Assembly: GCA_032250835.1 (NCBI GenBank)
Contig: JAVVEA010000007.1
Location: 1-64,000 of the forward strand
Direction: 5' to 3'
Source of the DNA: a bacterium
GTDB taxonomy: Bacteria; SAR324; XYD2-FULL-50-16
Length of the DNA: 64,000 nucleotides
Position numbers and translations under genes: made by a program. Position 1 is the first letter of the stretch. Each line of letters begins with the position of its first letter. Positions 27,827-36,790 of this stretch are shown here, piece after piece. The notes beneath the pieces are model-generated. The model ran no database searches. It was not told the origin of the DNA and saw only the letters and a program-made list of their open reading frames with translations.

Positions 27827-28972
27827 CTAAAGCAGGGAGGCCAGGAGAGGGATACCCAAGAAGGTACCCAGGGCAGAGCCCACGTTAGAGAGGATCACCA
27901 CCAATAAAATACGGGTGATTTCATTGCGGCGGAATCCGGCCAGACTGGTGATGTCTTGTCCCAGGTTTTCAAAGTCCTGCACCGTTGGCTTGCGCAGCCA
28001 TGCCTCCGTCAGTCCCGAGACCCAGCCAGCGGCGATGGTGGGGTTCAGTGAGGTGATCGGTGCGGCCACAAAAGCGGTCAAGACGGTCAGCGGATGCCCG
28101 CCCGCAATCAGGGCTCCGAGCCCCGAAAGCAGGCCATTAGCCAACACCCAGCGTTTGATCATTTCCCAACTGACCTGCGCGTCTGCCTGAGCAAAGCCGT
28201 AGACGATCATGGCAATAATGATCAGCGGCATACCGAACTTGATGATGTTGACCCAAGGCGAGGGCTTGGGGATCACCCTTAAAGGTTCCAGGTCGTGTTC
28301 TTCGGTAATCTGGCGCTGGATACCCGGCAAATGTCCGGCCCCGACTACCGCTAAGACCGTGGGGCCTTCGGCGCTGCGGATTTTTTGGGCCAAATAACGG
28401 TCCCGTTCGTCGATCAAGACGGTCTTGATGCCCGGAAGTTCTGCGGCCATCGACTCAATCGCTTCGGTCAAGACGTCCGTATTTTTTAATTCTTCGATCT
28501 CAGCTTCACTTACCTCTTGGCTGTTGAGGCTACCGCCAATCAAATGCATCAGCGCTTTGAGCTTTTCAAAAAAGCCCAAGGCCCCCCAGGCCCGCTTGAG
28601 GGTCGTGGTCACCGCGCGATCCGCCAAGACCACCTTGGCCCCAATCGCTTCAGCCGCCTCAATGGCCGCGACCATCTCGGCCCCTGGGCGTACGCCCAAC
28701 TGATCACCCATCTTTTTCTGGAAAGCCGTCAACATCAGGTTCGCCAACAACAAGGGGGCCTTGCCTTCCTTGATGACCCGCACGATGTCCATGCGCTGCC
28801 AATGTTCGGCGTTTTTGATGGCGTCATAGCGGTGGACGCAAAGCTCCACGCAGACTTGATCAGGCTGATATTCGGTGATGGCTTGGCGGACGTCTTCGAT
28901 GGATTGGGCCGAAATATGGGCCGTTCCCAGCAAGATGATCCGCCGCCCGTCCAAAGAAAGTTCTTCTATCAT
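27827..28972 (-). CDS. TraB/GumN (pheromone shutdown TraB-like) protein
   Basis: LGTAHIS, VCVELC..R, PGAEM, LADR, LIDERD, VVGAGH, C-terminal TMs. Confidence 0.9.
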   Translation of the reverse strand: MIEELSLDGRRIILLGTAHISAQSIEDVRQAITEYQPDQVCVELCVHRYDAIKNAEHWQRMDIVRVIKEGKAPLLLANLMLTAFQKKMGDQLGVRPGAEMVAAIEAAEAIGAKVVLADRAVTTTLKRAWGALGFFEKLKALMHLIGGSLNSQEVSEAEIEELKNTDVLTEAIESMAAELPGIKTVLIDERDRYLAQKIRSAEGPTVLAVVGAGHLPGIQRQITEEHDLEPLRVIPKPSPWVNIIKFGMPLIIIAMIVYGFAQADAQVSWEMIKRWVLANGLLSGLGALIAGGHPLTVLTAFVAAPITSLNPTIAAGWVSGLTEAWLRKPTVQDFENLGQDITSLAGFRRNEITRILLVVILSNVGSALGTFLGIPLLASLL

Positions 28973-29151
28973 GGAGCAGGAGAGGAAAAAATTTCGCCAA
29001 GCTTAGTAGAAAGACGGACCGAATACAAGAGCCAGGAAGACAAAAAGGATCCGCATCTGATTGACAAGAAGCAACGCTCCCGTTAATACTACCTAGATAC
29101 GCCAATCTGGTGTGCCCAGTTGTTGACCCTTACGTCTTAGAAAGAGGACTC

Positions 29152-29286
29152 ATGAAACGTACATTCCAACCGAACCAGCGCCGCCGCAGCATGAAACACG
29201 GCTTCCGCAAGCGCATGTCAACTCCGGGCGGTCGCGCCATAATCCGCGCTCGTCGGCGCAAGGGTCGTAAAGTACTGAGTGCCTAA
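29152..29286 (+). CDS. rpmH: 50S ribosomal protein L34 (absent from the ORF track)
   Basis: Manual translation [57 protein letters not shown] upstream at 29061. Confidence 0.97.
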   Translation: MKRTFQPNQRRRSMKHGFRKRMSTPGGRAIIRARRRKGRKVLSA

Positions 29287-29638
29287 GGAAGAGCGCCTTC
29301 AGCGCAACTTTCCTAAGCAATTTCGGCTCACCCGCCAAGGTGAGATCAGCCGGATCTTCGCTGATGGCGAATTTTTTCGGGCCGGATACCTCAAGTTCAA
29401 ATGGACCCCTGCTGAGTCTGGTTATCTGAAGGTGGTGATTTCCATCTCCAAGCGCGCGGGCAATTCGCCCATGCGCAACCGACTCAAACGCCTCATCCGT
29501 GAAGTGCTTCGGCACCGCCCCGAATTAGAGCGGACCCCGATCCATTTGGCCGTCTTCGTGACCTCGCCGACAAGGCAACCGCCCCAACTGCGCGAGATCC
29601 AAACTTATCTGGAGCGCTTTTTCGCCAACCTGAGATGA
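29279..29638 (+). CDS. rnpA: Ribonuclease P protein component
   Basis: [30 protein letters not shown] motif; follows rpmH. Confidence 0.9.
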   Translation: MPKEERLQRNFPKQFRLTRQGEISRIFADGEFFRAGYLKFKWTPAESGYLKVVISISKRAGNSPMRNRLKRLIREVLRHRPELERTPIHLAVFVTSPTRQPPQLREIQTYLERFFANLR

Positions 29639-29898
29639 ACCCTCAAGGCCTCACCAAACTCTTGACGGCGCCCCTGTTGGCTTTGATTTGGGTCTACCAA
29701 AAAATGGTTAGCCCCATGCTCCCCCCTTCGTGCATCTATTACCCTACTTGTTCGCATTACGCCCAAGAGGCCCTGGTCCGCCACGGTCTGTTCAAAGGTG
29801 TGATTTTGTCGGTATGGCGTCTGTTGCGTTGCCAGCCCTTTTGCCAGGGTGGCGTAGACGAAGTGCCCGAAACCTTCAATCTCTTTAAATCTCCCTAG
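29635..29898 (+). CDS. yidD: Membrane protein insertion efficiency factor YidD
   Basis: YQ..SP...SCIYYPTCS.Y...A...HG..KG......RLLRCQP. Confidence 0.93.
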   Translation: MNPQGLTKLLTAPLLALIWVYQKMVSPMLPPSCIYYPTCSHYAQEALVRHGLFKGVILSVWRLLRCQPFCQGGVDEVPETFNLFKSP

Positions 29899-29907
29899 GA
29901 CCCTTCG

Positions 29908-31605
29908 ATGGACCGCAATTTCCTGCTCGCTTTTTTGCTCAGTACTCTGGTGATCGTCGGCTATTATAGCTTCTTCCCGCCCGAAGATCCCCAACCGATC
30001 AAACAAGCCCTTGAAGCCACCAGCGACACCGCCCCTTTGGCTTCCGTAACCGCCGCCCCGGTTGGCGAAATGGCCCCGGTGCCCGCCGAGACGCCCGCCC
30101 CGGCCCCGTTGGCTGAAGCCAAATTGGTCACCATTGATGGCCCGCTTTACACGGCGGTAGTCGATACCCATGGCGGGGTGCTGCGAAGCATGAAGCTCAA
30201 GCAATACCGCTACGCCGGTCCCGACCAAAAACCGGCCCACAACTGGGTTTACCACCTCTTCCAAGACAAGGGCGAGGAACAGCACTTCGACCCCGAACGC
30301 CTCGTTGAGATGGTCGGCCACCAGAGCCCAAACAATCGGGTCTGGGAATTTCGCCCTTCAGGGCAAAAGGCCGAAGGTGAGGTAGTTTTTACCGCCGATG
30401 TCGAGTCGATCCAGCTAAAGGACGCTCCGGCCAGCTTGACGTTGAGCGCGGTTTTACCGACCGGTTTGAAGCTCTTTAAAAAAATCACCTTTGACCCCAC
30501 CGGGTACCGCATCGGCCTAAGTTATGCCTTAGAAAACCCCACGGACCAGATAGCCCAGCTCAGCCCGACCTTTAACTTCGGTGCCGGTAATGAGCCTGTA
30601 GAGCCCGATCAATTCAACCAACCGACCCACGCCGGGGTTTATGAAGAAGGCGCTTTCGAAACCTACGATGACGACGACTTCGAAACGCCCCTAGAGATCA
30701 AACAACTGACCTGGGCTTCGGTGATGGACACCTACTTCATCTCCGTCTTCCGCCCCCAAGGGGATGATAAGTTCAGCGCAAAATTCGAAGGCATCGGTGG
30801 CAAGTTTAAAGACAACGACATCTTAGTCCCCCAGATGAGCTACCAGGAGGCTGCTTTTGAACTACGCAGCGGCCAGCGCTACACTAAGGGCTTTGATCTT
30901 TATATTGGCCCCAAGGAGCAAGAGCGCTTAGAGGGCTATGCCATGAGCCTGCCCGCCTCGATGGACTTGGGCTGGTTTAGCTTCCTGGCTTACCCCATGC
31001 TGGCGGTGCTCCGTTGGCTACAGGGCTATGTCCACAACTGGGGGGTGGCGATCATCCTTTTGACCTTCATCGTCCGGGCGTTGCTCTTCCCGCTCGCCTA
31101 CAAAGGCATGCGGAGCATGCGCCGGATGGCTCAGTTGAATCCGCGGATGAAGTATCTGCGCGATAAATACAAAAAAGACAAAGACCGCCTGAACCGCGAG
31201 ATCATGGAGCTATACAAGAAAAACAAGGTCAACCCCTTGGGCGGTTGTCTCCCCTTGTTGGCCCAAGTACCGGTGTTCATCGCCCTCTACTCGGCCTTGA
31301 TGCCCGCCATTGAGCTGCGCCACCAACCCTTTGCGCTTTGGATGACCAACCTAAGTTCATCGGACTACACCTTGATCTTGCCGATCTTGATGGGGGCGAC
31401 CATGTTCATCCAGCAGCACCTAACGCCCCAACCGGCTATGGAGCCGACCCAGGCCATGATGATGAAGTGGATGCCCGTGTTGTTGGTCTTCTTCTTCTTG
31501 GATATGCCCAGCGGCTTGGTGCTTTATTGGGTGGTCAGTAACGTGGTCACCGTGTTCCAGCAGATGCTGTTCAACCGCATCAAAGAAGCGGAAGTCCAGC
31601 ACTAA
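29908..31605 (+). CDS. yidC: Membrane protein insertase YidC
   Basis: NWGVAIILLT, KVNPLGGCLP, ELRHQPF, PSGLVLYW. Confidence 0.95.
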   Translation: MDRNFLLAFLLSTLVIVGYYSFFPPEDPQPIKQALEATSDTAPLASVTAAPVGEMAPVPAETPAPAPLAEAKLVTIDGPLYTAVVDTHGGVLRSMKLKQYRYAGPDQKPAHNWVYHLFQDKGEEQHFDPERLVEMVGHQSPNNRVWEFRPSGQKAEGEVVFTADVESIQLKDAPASLTLSAVLPTGLKLFKKITFDPTGYRIGLSYALENPTDQIAQLSPTFNFGAGNEPVEPDQFNQPTHAGVYEEGAFETYDDDDFETPLEIKQLTWASVMDTYFISVFRPQGDDKFSAKFEGIGGKFKDNDILVPQMSYQEAAFELRSGQRYTKGFDLYIGPKEQERLEGYAMSLPASMDLGWFSFLAYPMLAVLRWLQGYVHNWGVAIILLTFIVRALLFPLAYKGMRSMRRMAQLNPRMKYLRDKYKKDKDRLNREIMELYKKNKVNPLGGCLPLLAQVPVFIALYSALMPAIELRHQPFALWMTNLSSSDYTLILPILMGATMFIQQHLTPQPAMEPTQAMMMKWMPVLLVFFFLDMPSGLVLYWVVSNVVTVFQQMLFNRIKEAEVQH

Positions 31606-31619
31606 GCTAGAAGTTGAAA

Positions 31620-31650
31620 TAAAAAGAGGGCCGAAAGGCCCTTTTTTTTG
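31620..31650. terminator. Bidirectional intrinsic terminator
   Basis: AAAAAGAGGGCC-GAAA-GGCCCTTTTTTTT between convergent genes. Confidence 0.85.
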
Positions 31651-31654
31651 GGCT

Positions 31655-32674
31655 CTATTCCGGCCAAAGCACTTCTTCACCCTTCCAGTTGATTAGCCAG
31701 ACGCCCTCATTGCTGCGCCGCAGCCCCGGCCCCACTTCGGCTTTTCCGCCCGGCGGATCGGCGATCAAGCGGGGCAGCATGGGCCCACTCAGTTCACGCC
31801 TCAACTGTTCCATCAAGGCCAAAGCCCGGCTGGGCCCGACCCGGAAATGCCCTGCCCCGGTGATCCAGTCACAAAGGTACAAAGCATAGGGCCGCACTTG
31901 ACGCTCCATCAGGCCCTTGAACAACTCAGCTAAAACCGAAACCTCATCGTTGACCCCTTTGAGTAAGACGGTCTGCGAGGCAAGCAGGACCCCTGCTTCA
32001 TGGAGCCGGCTTAGGGCCAGGATAGTTTCGGGCGTCAGCTCCGCAGGGTGGGTGAAGTGCAGATTCATCAAGGGACGGAAGCGGCCCAACAGCTTGGCTA
32101 AGTCGGGCGTGATCCGCTGAGGCAGTACCGCAGGGGCCTTGCTGGAAAAACGCAAAAACCGGAGATGTGGGATCTCCTGGAGCGCCGAGAGGACCGACCC
32201 CAAGGCCTCATCCGAGAGCATCAAGGGCTCCCCGCCAGACAGAATGACCTCTTCAATCTGGGGCTGCTCGGCGATCCACTGAATACCCTGAGCCCAATCA
32301 GCGGGCCCTAGCTTCGAGCTGGCCTTACCGACCTTGCGTGAACGGGTGCAATAGCGGCAGTAGACCGGGCAGTGGGGGGAAAGCAGTAGCAACGCCCGGT
32401 TGGGATAACGCCGCACCACTGCGGGCACCGGAGAGTCGGGTTCTTCGGCCATGGGATCGGCCAACTCATGGACGCCAAATTCCAGTTCACGGGCATCGGG
32501 CAGGATGGTCTTGAGTAAAGCGGGGTGTTGGGCGCAAAGCTCGGCGTAGTAGGGCGTTACGCCCAAAGACAACCGGTCTTCGAGGCGCGGGTCTAAGCTC
32601 AGCCCAAAGCGGGCCGAGAAGTCATGGGTGCCCTGAAGGCGTTGCTGTAACTGGGATTTCCAGGAATCGGGCAT
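31655..32674 (-). CDS. KamA-family radical SAM protein (lysine 2,3-aminomutase/EpmB-like)
   Basis: RYPNRAL, CPVYCRYCTR, LSGGEPL, HFTHPAE, QTVLLKGVND, GGK. Confidence 0.88.
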   Translation of the reverse strand: MPDSWKSQLQQRLQGTHDFSARFGLSLDPRLEDRLSLGVTPYYAELCAQHPALLKTILPDARELEFGVHELADPMAEEPDSPVPAVVRRYPNRALLLLSPHCPVYCRYCTRSRKVGKASSKLGPADWAQGIQWIAEQPQIEEVILSGGEPLMLSDEALGSVLSALQEIPHLRFLRFSSKAPAVLPQRITPDLAKLLGRFRPLMNLHFTHPAELTPETILALSRLHEAGVLLASQTVLLKGVNDEVSVLAELFKGLMERQVRPYALYLCDWITGAGHFRVGPSRALALMEQLRRELSGPMLPRLIADPPGGKAEVGPGLRRSNEGVWLINWKGEEVLWPE

Positions 32675-32679
32675 AGGGG

Positions 32680-32710
32680 CAAAAAAAAAGGGGGCCAAAG
32701 CCCCCTCTTT
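32680..32710 (-). terminator. Intrinsic terminator after the small TPR gene
   Basis: Minus strand GGGGGC-TTTG-GCCCCC followed by a long T tract. Confidence 0.7.
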
Positions 32711-32731
32711 CCTGTGTCTCGCCACCTAAAA

Positions 32732-32932
32732 TCAGGCGGGCATTTCCAGGCGGGTGCTTAGCGTTTGGGTCGTTTGATGGCGGGGGCCGTAGACCCGCTC
32801 GCTCATCTCATAAGCTTTCTGATAATACTGGTTCGCTTCTTTGATCCGTCCCATCTTGGTCCATTGGTCACCCAATTTGGACCAGTACATCACCAAGCCC
32901 GGTGAGGGCTGCATCTTCTTTTCGCCGTACAT
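32732..32932 (-). CDS. Small single-TPR protein
   Basis: LG......G...EA..YYQKAYEMSERVYGP.H..T kinesin-light-chain-type TPR; SD GGAGG. Confidence 0.65.
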   Translation of the reverse strand: MYGEKKMQPSPGLVMYWSKLGDQWTKMGRIKEANQYYQKAYEMSERVYGPRHQTTQTLSTRLEMPA

Positions 32933-33001
32933 ATTCCTCCAGGTTGTGGAGGGCCCCTGTGGCCCCGTTTCCCTGGATTATGCAAAGGGCGTGCACAATA
33001 T

Positions 33002-34015
33002 TTAAGAAAAACGAATACGGGGATCTACCGCCGCCAAACATAGGTCGGAGAGGATGTTACCGAGCAAAAAAATCAAGCTCGTCAAAAAGAGGCTCCCTAA
33101 GACCACCGGATAATCCCGCTGGGTCACCGCCTGAAAACCCAAAAGCCCCAACCCATCGATATTAAAAACTGTCTCGATCAAATAACTGCCCGTAAAGACC
33201 AAGCTGATGTTATTGCCGAAGCTCGCCGCCAAGGGGATCAAGCTATTGCGCAGGGCATGGCCCCAGATCACCTTGCGCGGCGGTAGGCCTTTGGCAAAGG
33301 CGGTGCGTACATAATCGGCCGAGAGGTTTTCCAATAAGGAGTTTTTCATCAAAACGGTCATCGAGGCAAAGGCCCCGATCAGGTAACAGGTCAGTGGCAA
33401 GATGCTGTGGTAGATCACGTCCCAGACCTTTTCTAAAGGCCCCATCCGGTAAAAGCGAGGCGAGGTAAAACCCTCCATCGGGAACCACTCCAAGCGCCCG
33501 CCGAAGACCACCACCAAAATCAACCCCAACACAAAGGCGGGGACCGCATAGCCGGTAAAGATCAGGATGCTGGTCGCCGAATCGACCCAGGTCTTGTCCT
33601 TGACCGCTTTCAAGACACCTAAGGGGATGCAGATCAGGTAGGTCAAAACCGAGGTGACCACGCCGTAATAGAGGCTTACCGGGAGCCTAGCTTTGATCAA
33701 GTCCCAAACCGGCTCGTTGTAACGATAACTTTCGCCTAGGTCCAAGGTCGCCGTGCGGCCCAACCATTCGATGTAAGCCACTGGAATGGGTTTATCGAAG
33801 CCATAAATTTGGTTGAGGTAGGCAATATCCGCTTCGGTCAATCCTTCACGCGCACCGGCTCCGCCCTTTTGGTTTTCGGCGAACTGGCGCTCCATCAACA
33901 ACTGCTCCACGGGACCACCGGGCACCACCCGCGTGATCGCGAAGGTCAAGAGGGTGATCCCGATCAGCGTCGGGAAGATCAATAAAAAGCGGCGGATCAG
34001 GTATTGGCGCATCAT
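33002..34015 (-). CDS. yejB: Peptide ABC transporter permease (YejB/OppB type)
   Basis: YLIRRFLL..PTL.GI, PGGPVEQ, YVRTAFAKGL EAA loop, ETVFNIDGLG, RDYPVV, VDPRI. Confidence 0.75.
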   Translation of the reverse strand: MMRQYLIRRFLLIFPTLIGITLLTFAITRVVPGGPVEQLLMERQFAENQKGGAGAREGLTEADIAYLNQIYGFDKPIPVAYIEWLGRTATLDLGESYRYNEPVWDLIKARLPVSLYYGVVTSVLTYLICIPLGVLKAVKDKTWVDSATSILIFTGYAVPAFVLGLILVVVFGGRLEWFPMEGFTSPRFYRMGPLEKVWDVIYHSILPLTCYLIGAFASMTVLMKNSLLENLSADYVRTAFAKGLPPRKVIWGHALRNSLIPLAASFGNNISLVFTGSYLIETVFNIDGLGLLGFQAVTQRDYPVVLGSLFLTSLIFLLGNILSDLCLAAVDPRIRFS

Positions 34016-34118
34016 GGCAAGGCTCCTTTGGGCCCATCCTAAGACAAGCGACGGCTACTGGCAAGCTTGAGCGCACCAAGGCTTTGCCAAATCGAGCGTT
34101 GAGGGTTACAAAAGAGGC

Positions 34119-35213
34119 ATGGAACCCAAAACAACCTTATTGGCCATCAACACTCGCTGGTGGAACGCCGAAGCGCACTATGCCTTTAACTTAGGGCTAG
34201 CGCTGCGGGCCCAAGGCCAAGCGGTGGCCTTTTTGTGCAACCCCGGCAGCCCGGTGCACCAACGGAGCCTAGCCGAGGGCTTTGGCCAAGCCGAAGGCCT
34301 GTTGTTAGACGACCACAGCCCCAGGGTGCAGCTGCGTAATTATGGGCGGTTGCGCCAAGAGATCGCTCGGCTAGGGGTCCGGCGGGTGGTGAGCTTTAAG
34401 TCTTCGGGCTCTTGGATCTTTTCTTGGGCTAAAAACCGGCTGGGAATCCAACATATTAAATTACGCGGCGAAGCCCGCAAACCCTCGAATAACCTAGGCA
34501 ACCGCCTGCTCTTTGGCCCCTGGGGAGCCGACGGGGTGCTTTGCGCTGGCCGCAGCCTGCAAACCTGGGTCGCCGATTTGGGCCTGGGGCCCCAAAAAAT
34601 GGGCACCCTTTATTATGGGGCTCCAGAACTAAAGGATAGCGGGCAAGAAAATCCCTTAAACCTGCCCGAAGGGAAACAAATTCTCTGCCTCTTGGGCCGA
34701 AACCAGCCGGTCAAAGGGCACCAAGTCTGCCTAGAAGCCTTTGCGCTGCTAGACCGCTCAGACCTGCACCTGCTTTTTTTGGTCAAGGATTTAGCCGAGT
34801 TCCCCGAAGAGTTGGCGGCGATTCAAGGCAAGATTGAGTCTTTGGGCTTACAAGAGCGTGTGACCTTGGCAGGGCCCATGCCCAATTTGGCGCGCCTGCT
34901 GGACCAAGTCACTTTGGGGCTGGTGCCCAGTTTGGGCAGTGAAGTTAATTGCCGGGTGGCGGTGGAGTTTTTTTCCCGCTCCGTGCCGGTGGTGGCCTTT
35001 CCGGTCGGGACCCTGCCCGAATTGATCGGCCCAAAAAACGGGCGGCTTTGCAGCGATTTGAGCGCTGGCGCTCTGGCCCAGTCCATTACCGAGGCGCTAG
35101 TAGAGCGGGACTCCCTGGGCCTACAGGCCCGCCAGGACTACCTAAAGCACTACTCCTTAGAAGCCCTGGGACAAGGTTTTATGGAATATATGGCCCAATG
35201 GGGGCTAGAGTGA
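34119..35213 (+). CDS. Glycosyltransferase family 4
   Basis: GR..PVKG, PSLGSE...RVAVE, PVVA..VG.LPE. Confidence 0.85.
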   Translation: MEPKTTLLAINTRWWNAEAHYAFNLGLALRAQGQAVAFLCNPGSPVHQRSLAEGFGQAEGLLLDDHSPRVQLRNYGRLRQEIARLGVRRVVSFKSSGSWIFSWAKNRLGIQHIKLRGEARKPSNNLGNRLLFGPWGADGVLCAGRSLQTWVADLGLGPQKMGTLYYGAPELKDSGQENPLNLPEGKQILCLLGRNQPVKGHQVCLEAFALLDRSDLHLLFLVKDLAEFPEELAAIQGKIESLGLQERVTLAGPMPNLARLLDQVTLGLVPSLGSEVNCRVAVEFFSRSVPVVAFPVGTLPELIGPKNGRLCSDLSAGALAQSITEALVERDSLGLQARQDYLKHYSLEALGQGFMEYMAQWGLE

Positions 35214-35281
35214 ACGGATTTTGCATTTTCCTCTAAGAGCGGCCCTTTGTGGCCCCACCCTAGCCAACCTAAAGGGCCTTT

Positions 35282-35716
35282 ATGATGAAGAAAGCGATCC
35301 ACCTGTTCCTAATGTTTGCCTTGGTCCTTACCTTGGCGGCTCCTCCGGCTCAAGCCCAAGACGAAGGCCCCCCGGCCTTGCGGACCGTAGCTTTGATGTC
35401 CTTAGGCGGCGGCGCAGGCGGCGCGGTGTTGGGCGTGATGGTTTGGTTGCTCGACCCGCTAAACCCCTCGGCGGACTTCACCCACTCGACCTTGACCGGC
35501 TTTGCGGTAGGCACCATCGCCGGGGCCGTATTCGGCGGGATGATGTTGCAGTCCCAAGCGGTGCTGCCTTACCAAGCACCGGCCGCGCCGAAGCCCAGCG
35601 AGTTTGACGGGGCCATCCCCATGGGCCAAGCCAGCCCGGCTATGCCCCAATACCAGCGGGCCCAAATCGAACGGGGTCCCCTCCTGCCCATTGCGGCTTA
35701 TCAAATCCGCTTTTAA
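35282..35716 (+). CDS. Exported/membrane hypothetical protein with glycine-zipper helices
   Basis: Signal peptide (AQA), GGGAGGAVLG and GTIAGAVFG helices, C-terminal YQIRF. Confidence 0.55.
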   Translation: MMKKAIHLFLMFALVLTLAAPPAQAQDEGPPALRTVALMSLGGGAGGAVLGVMVWLLDPLNPSADFTHSTLTGFAVGTIAGAVFGGMMLQSQAVLPYQAPAAPKPSEFDGAIPMGQASPAMPQYQRAQIERGPLLPIAAYQIRF

Positions 35717-35732
35717 GCTGCCTCTGGGCTGC

Positions 35733-36374
35733 TCAAAAGACCAGACCGGCCATAAAACCACCCGTATAGGCAGTGGTGGCGGTATATTGCCGCTGGTAAC
35801 TGGACTGCTGGTAGTCCACGGTGGAACCACCTAGACCGCCCTCGTAGATAAAGCCCACAAAAAAGCTTCCCGAGAAGATATAAGTCAGATCAAAACCAAG
35901 CACCGGTGTACGGGCTGAATAGTCAAAGGACTCATCGGTACTTAAACGCTTGTTGGTACAGGTCAAGCTGAGGACCCCCGCACTGAGCGAAAAAGTCCAT
36001 TGGCTACGGGCCTGCGGCTTCTCTGAATACCATGTATGGTCCAGGGTTCCCAATTCACTGCTACATTCCCCGGAATAGGAAAATTCATCTAGGTTCGCCT
36101 CGTTATCGGAGGTGCTGCTCGTGAGCCGGTGACTGCCCTTGAGGTAGGTGATCGAAAGACGGTCCCCAGCGATCCGCACCCCAAACATCCCGCCGCTACC
36201 ATAGGTGAATGTGTCATCGCCAGGATTGGAAACCGCCTCATCTCGACTAAAAAAGACTCCTGGCCCAGAATCCACGGCAATAAGGCGTAATTCCAAGCGG
36301 CTTTCTTCGGCCCAGGCCGGAATACTCAGCCCTAAAAGTCCGCAAAATATAAGCGCATTTTTAAACCAATCCAT
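35733..36374 (-). CDS. Exported hypothetical protein, probable small outer-membrane beta-barrel
   Basis: Signal peptide (AWA), amphipathic strands, C-terminal GLVF. Confidence 0.55.
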   Translation of the reverse strand: MDWFKNALIFCGLLGLSIPAWAEESRLELRLIAVDSGPGVFFSRDEAVSNPGDDTFTYGSGGMFGVRIAGDRLSITYLKGSHRLTSSTSDNEANLDEFSYSGECSSELGTLDHTWYSEKPQARSQWTFSLSAGVLSLTCTNKRLSTDESFDYSARTPVLGFDLTYIFSGSFFVGFIYEGGLGGSTVDYQQSSYQRQYTATTAYTGGFMAGLVF

Positions 36375-36711
36375 AAGCTTACCTAGTATAACTCAACACA
36401 GAACCACCTGCTTTTTTGAGAGCCTATTATAGGGCCTATTAAAATATCACACAATCAAAAAGGTCTTAAAGAGCTCGTAACCGTCGTTTGGCTGGGGCTT
36501 AGCAAACTCCTGCAATAATTATTGCCGCCTCTTTTTACGAGGCTTTATAGTCCGCAACAAATGTGTTTAGTTATCCAGAAATTAAAACTTTGCGTTGTTC
36601 TCAGGGGATTCGCTAGGCAGGCACATGCCTACCGCGATAGTTTAGGCGAAAATACGCGGCCCTATCTGGGCCCCTAGGCCGTTATAGCGCGCCTGCCGAG
36701 TGCGGCAATAA

Positions 36712-36744
36712 TAAAAAACGCCGCGCAGTTCGGGCGGCGTTTTC
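36712..36744 (-). terminator. Intrinsic terminator downstream of metG
   Basis: AAAAAACGCCGC..GCGGCGTTTT inverted repeat. Confidence 0.65.
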
Positions 36745-36790
36745 CTAGGAATCCAGATAGCATTCGGGAATGAATCTGGGGTCCTTGAGG

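Noticed and set aside
32981-32996. sigma54-like site (minus strand GTGCACGCCCTTTGCA) upstream of the small TPR gene
   Set aside because: The near-invariant GG at -25/-24 reads TG; insufficient support.
33002-34015. Isolated yejB as a sign of a broken operon
   Set aside because: The ORF is intact and split ABC operons are common; nothing further to support a finding.
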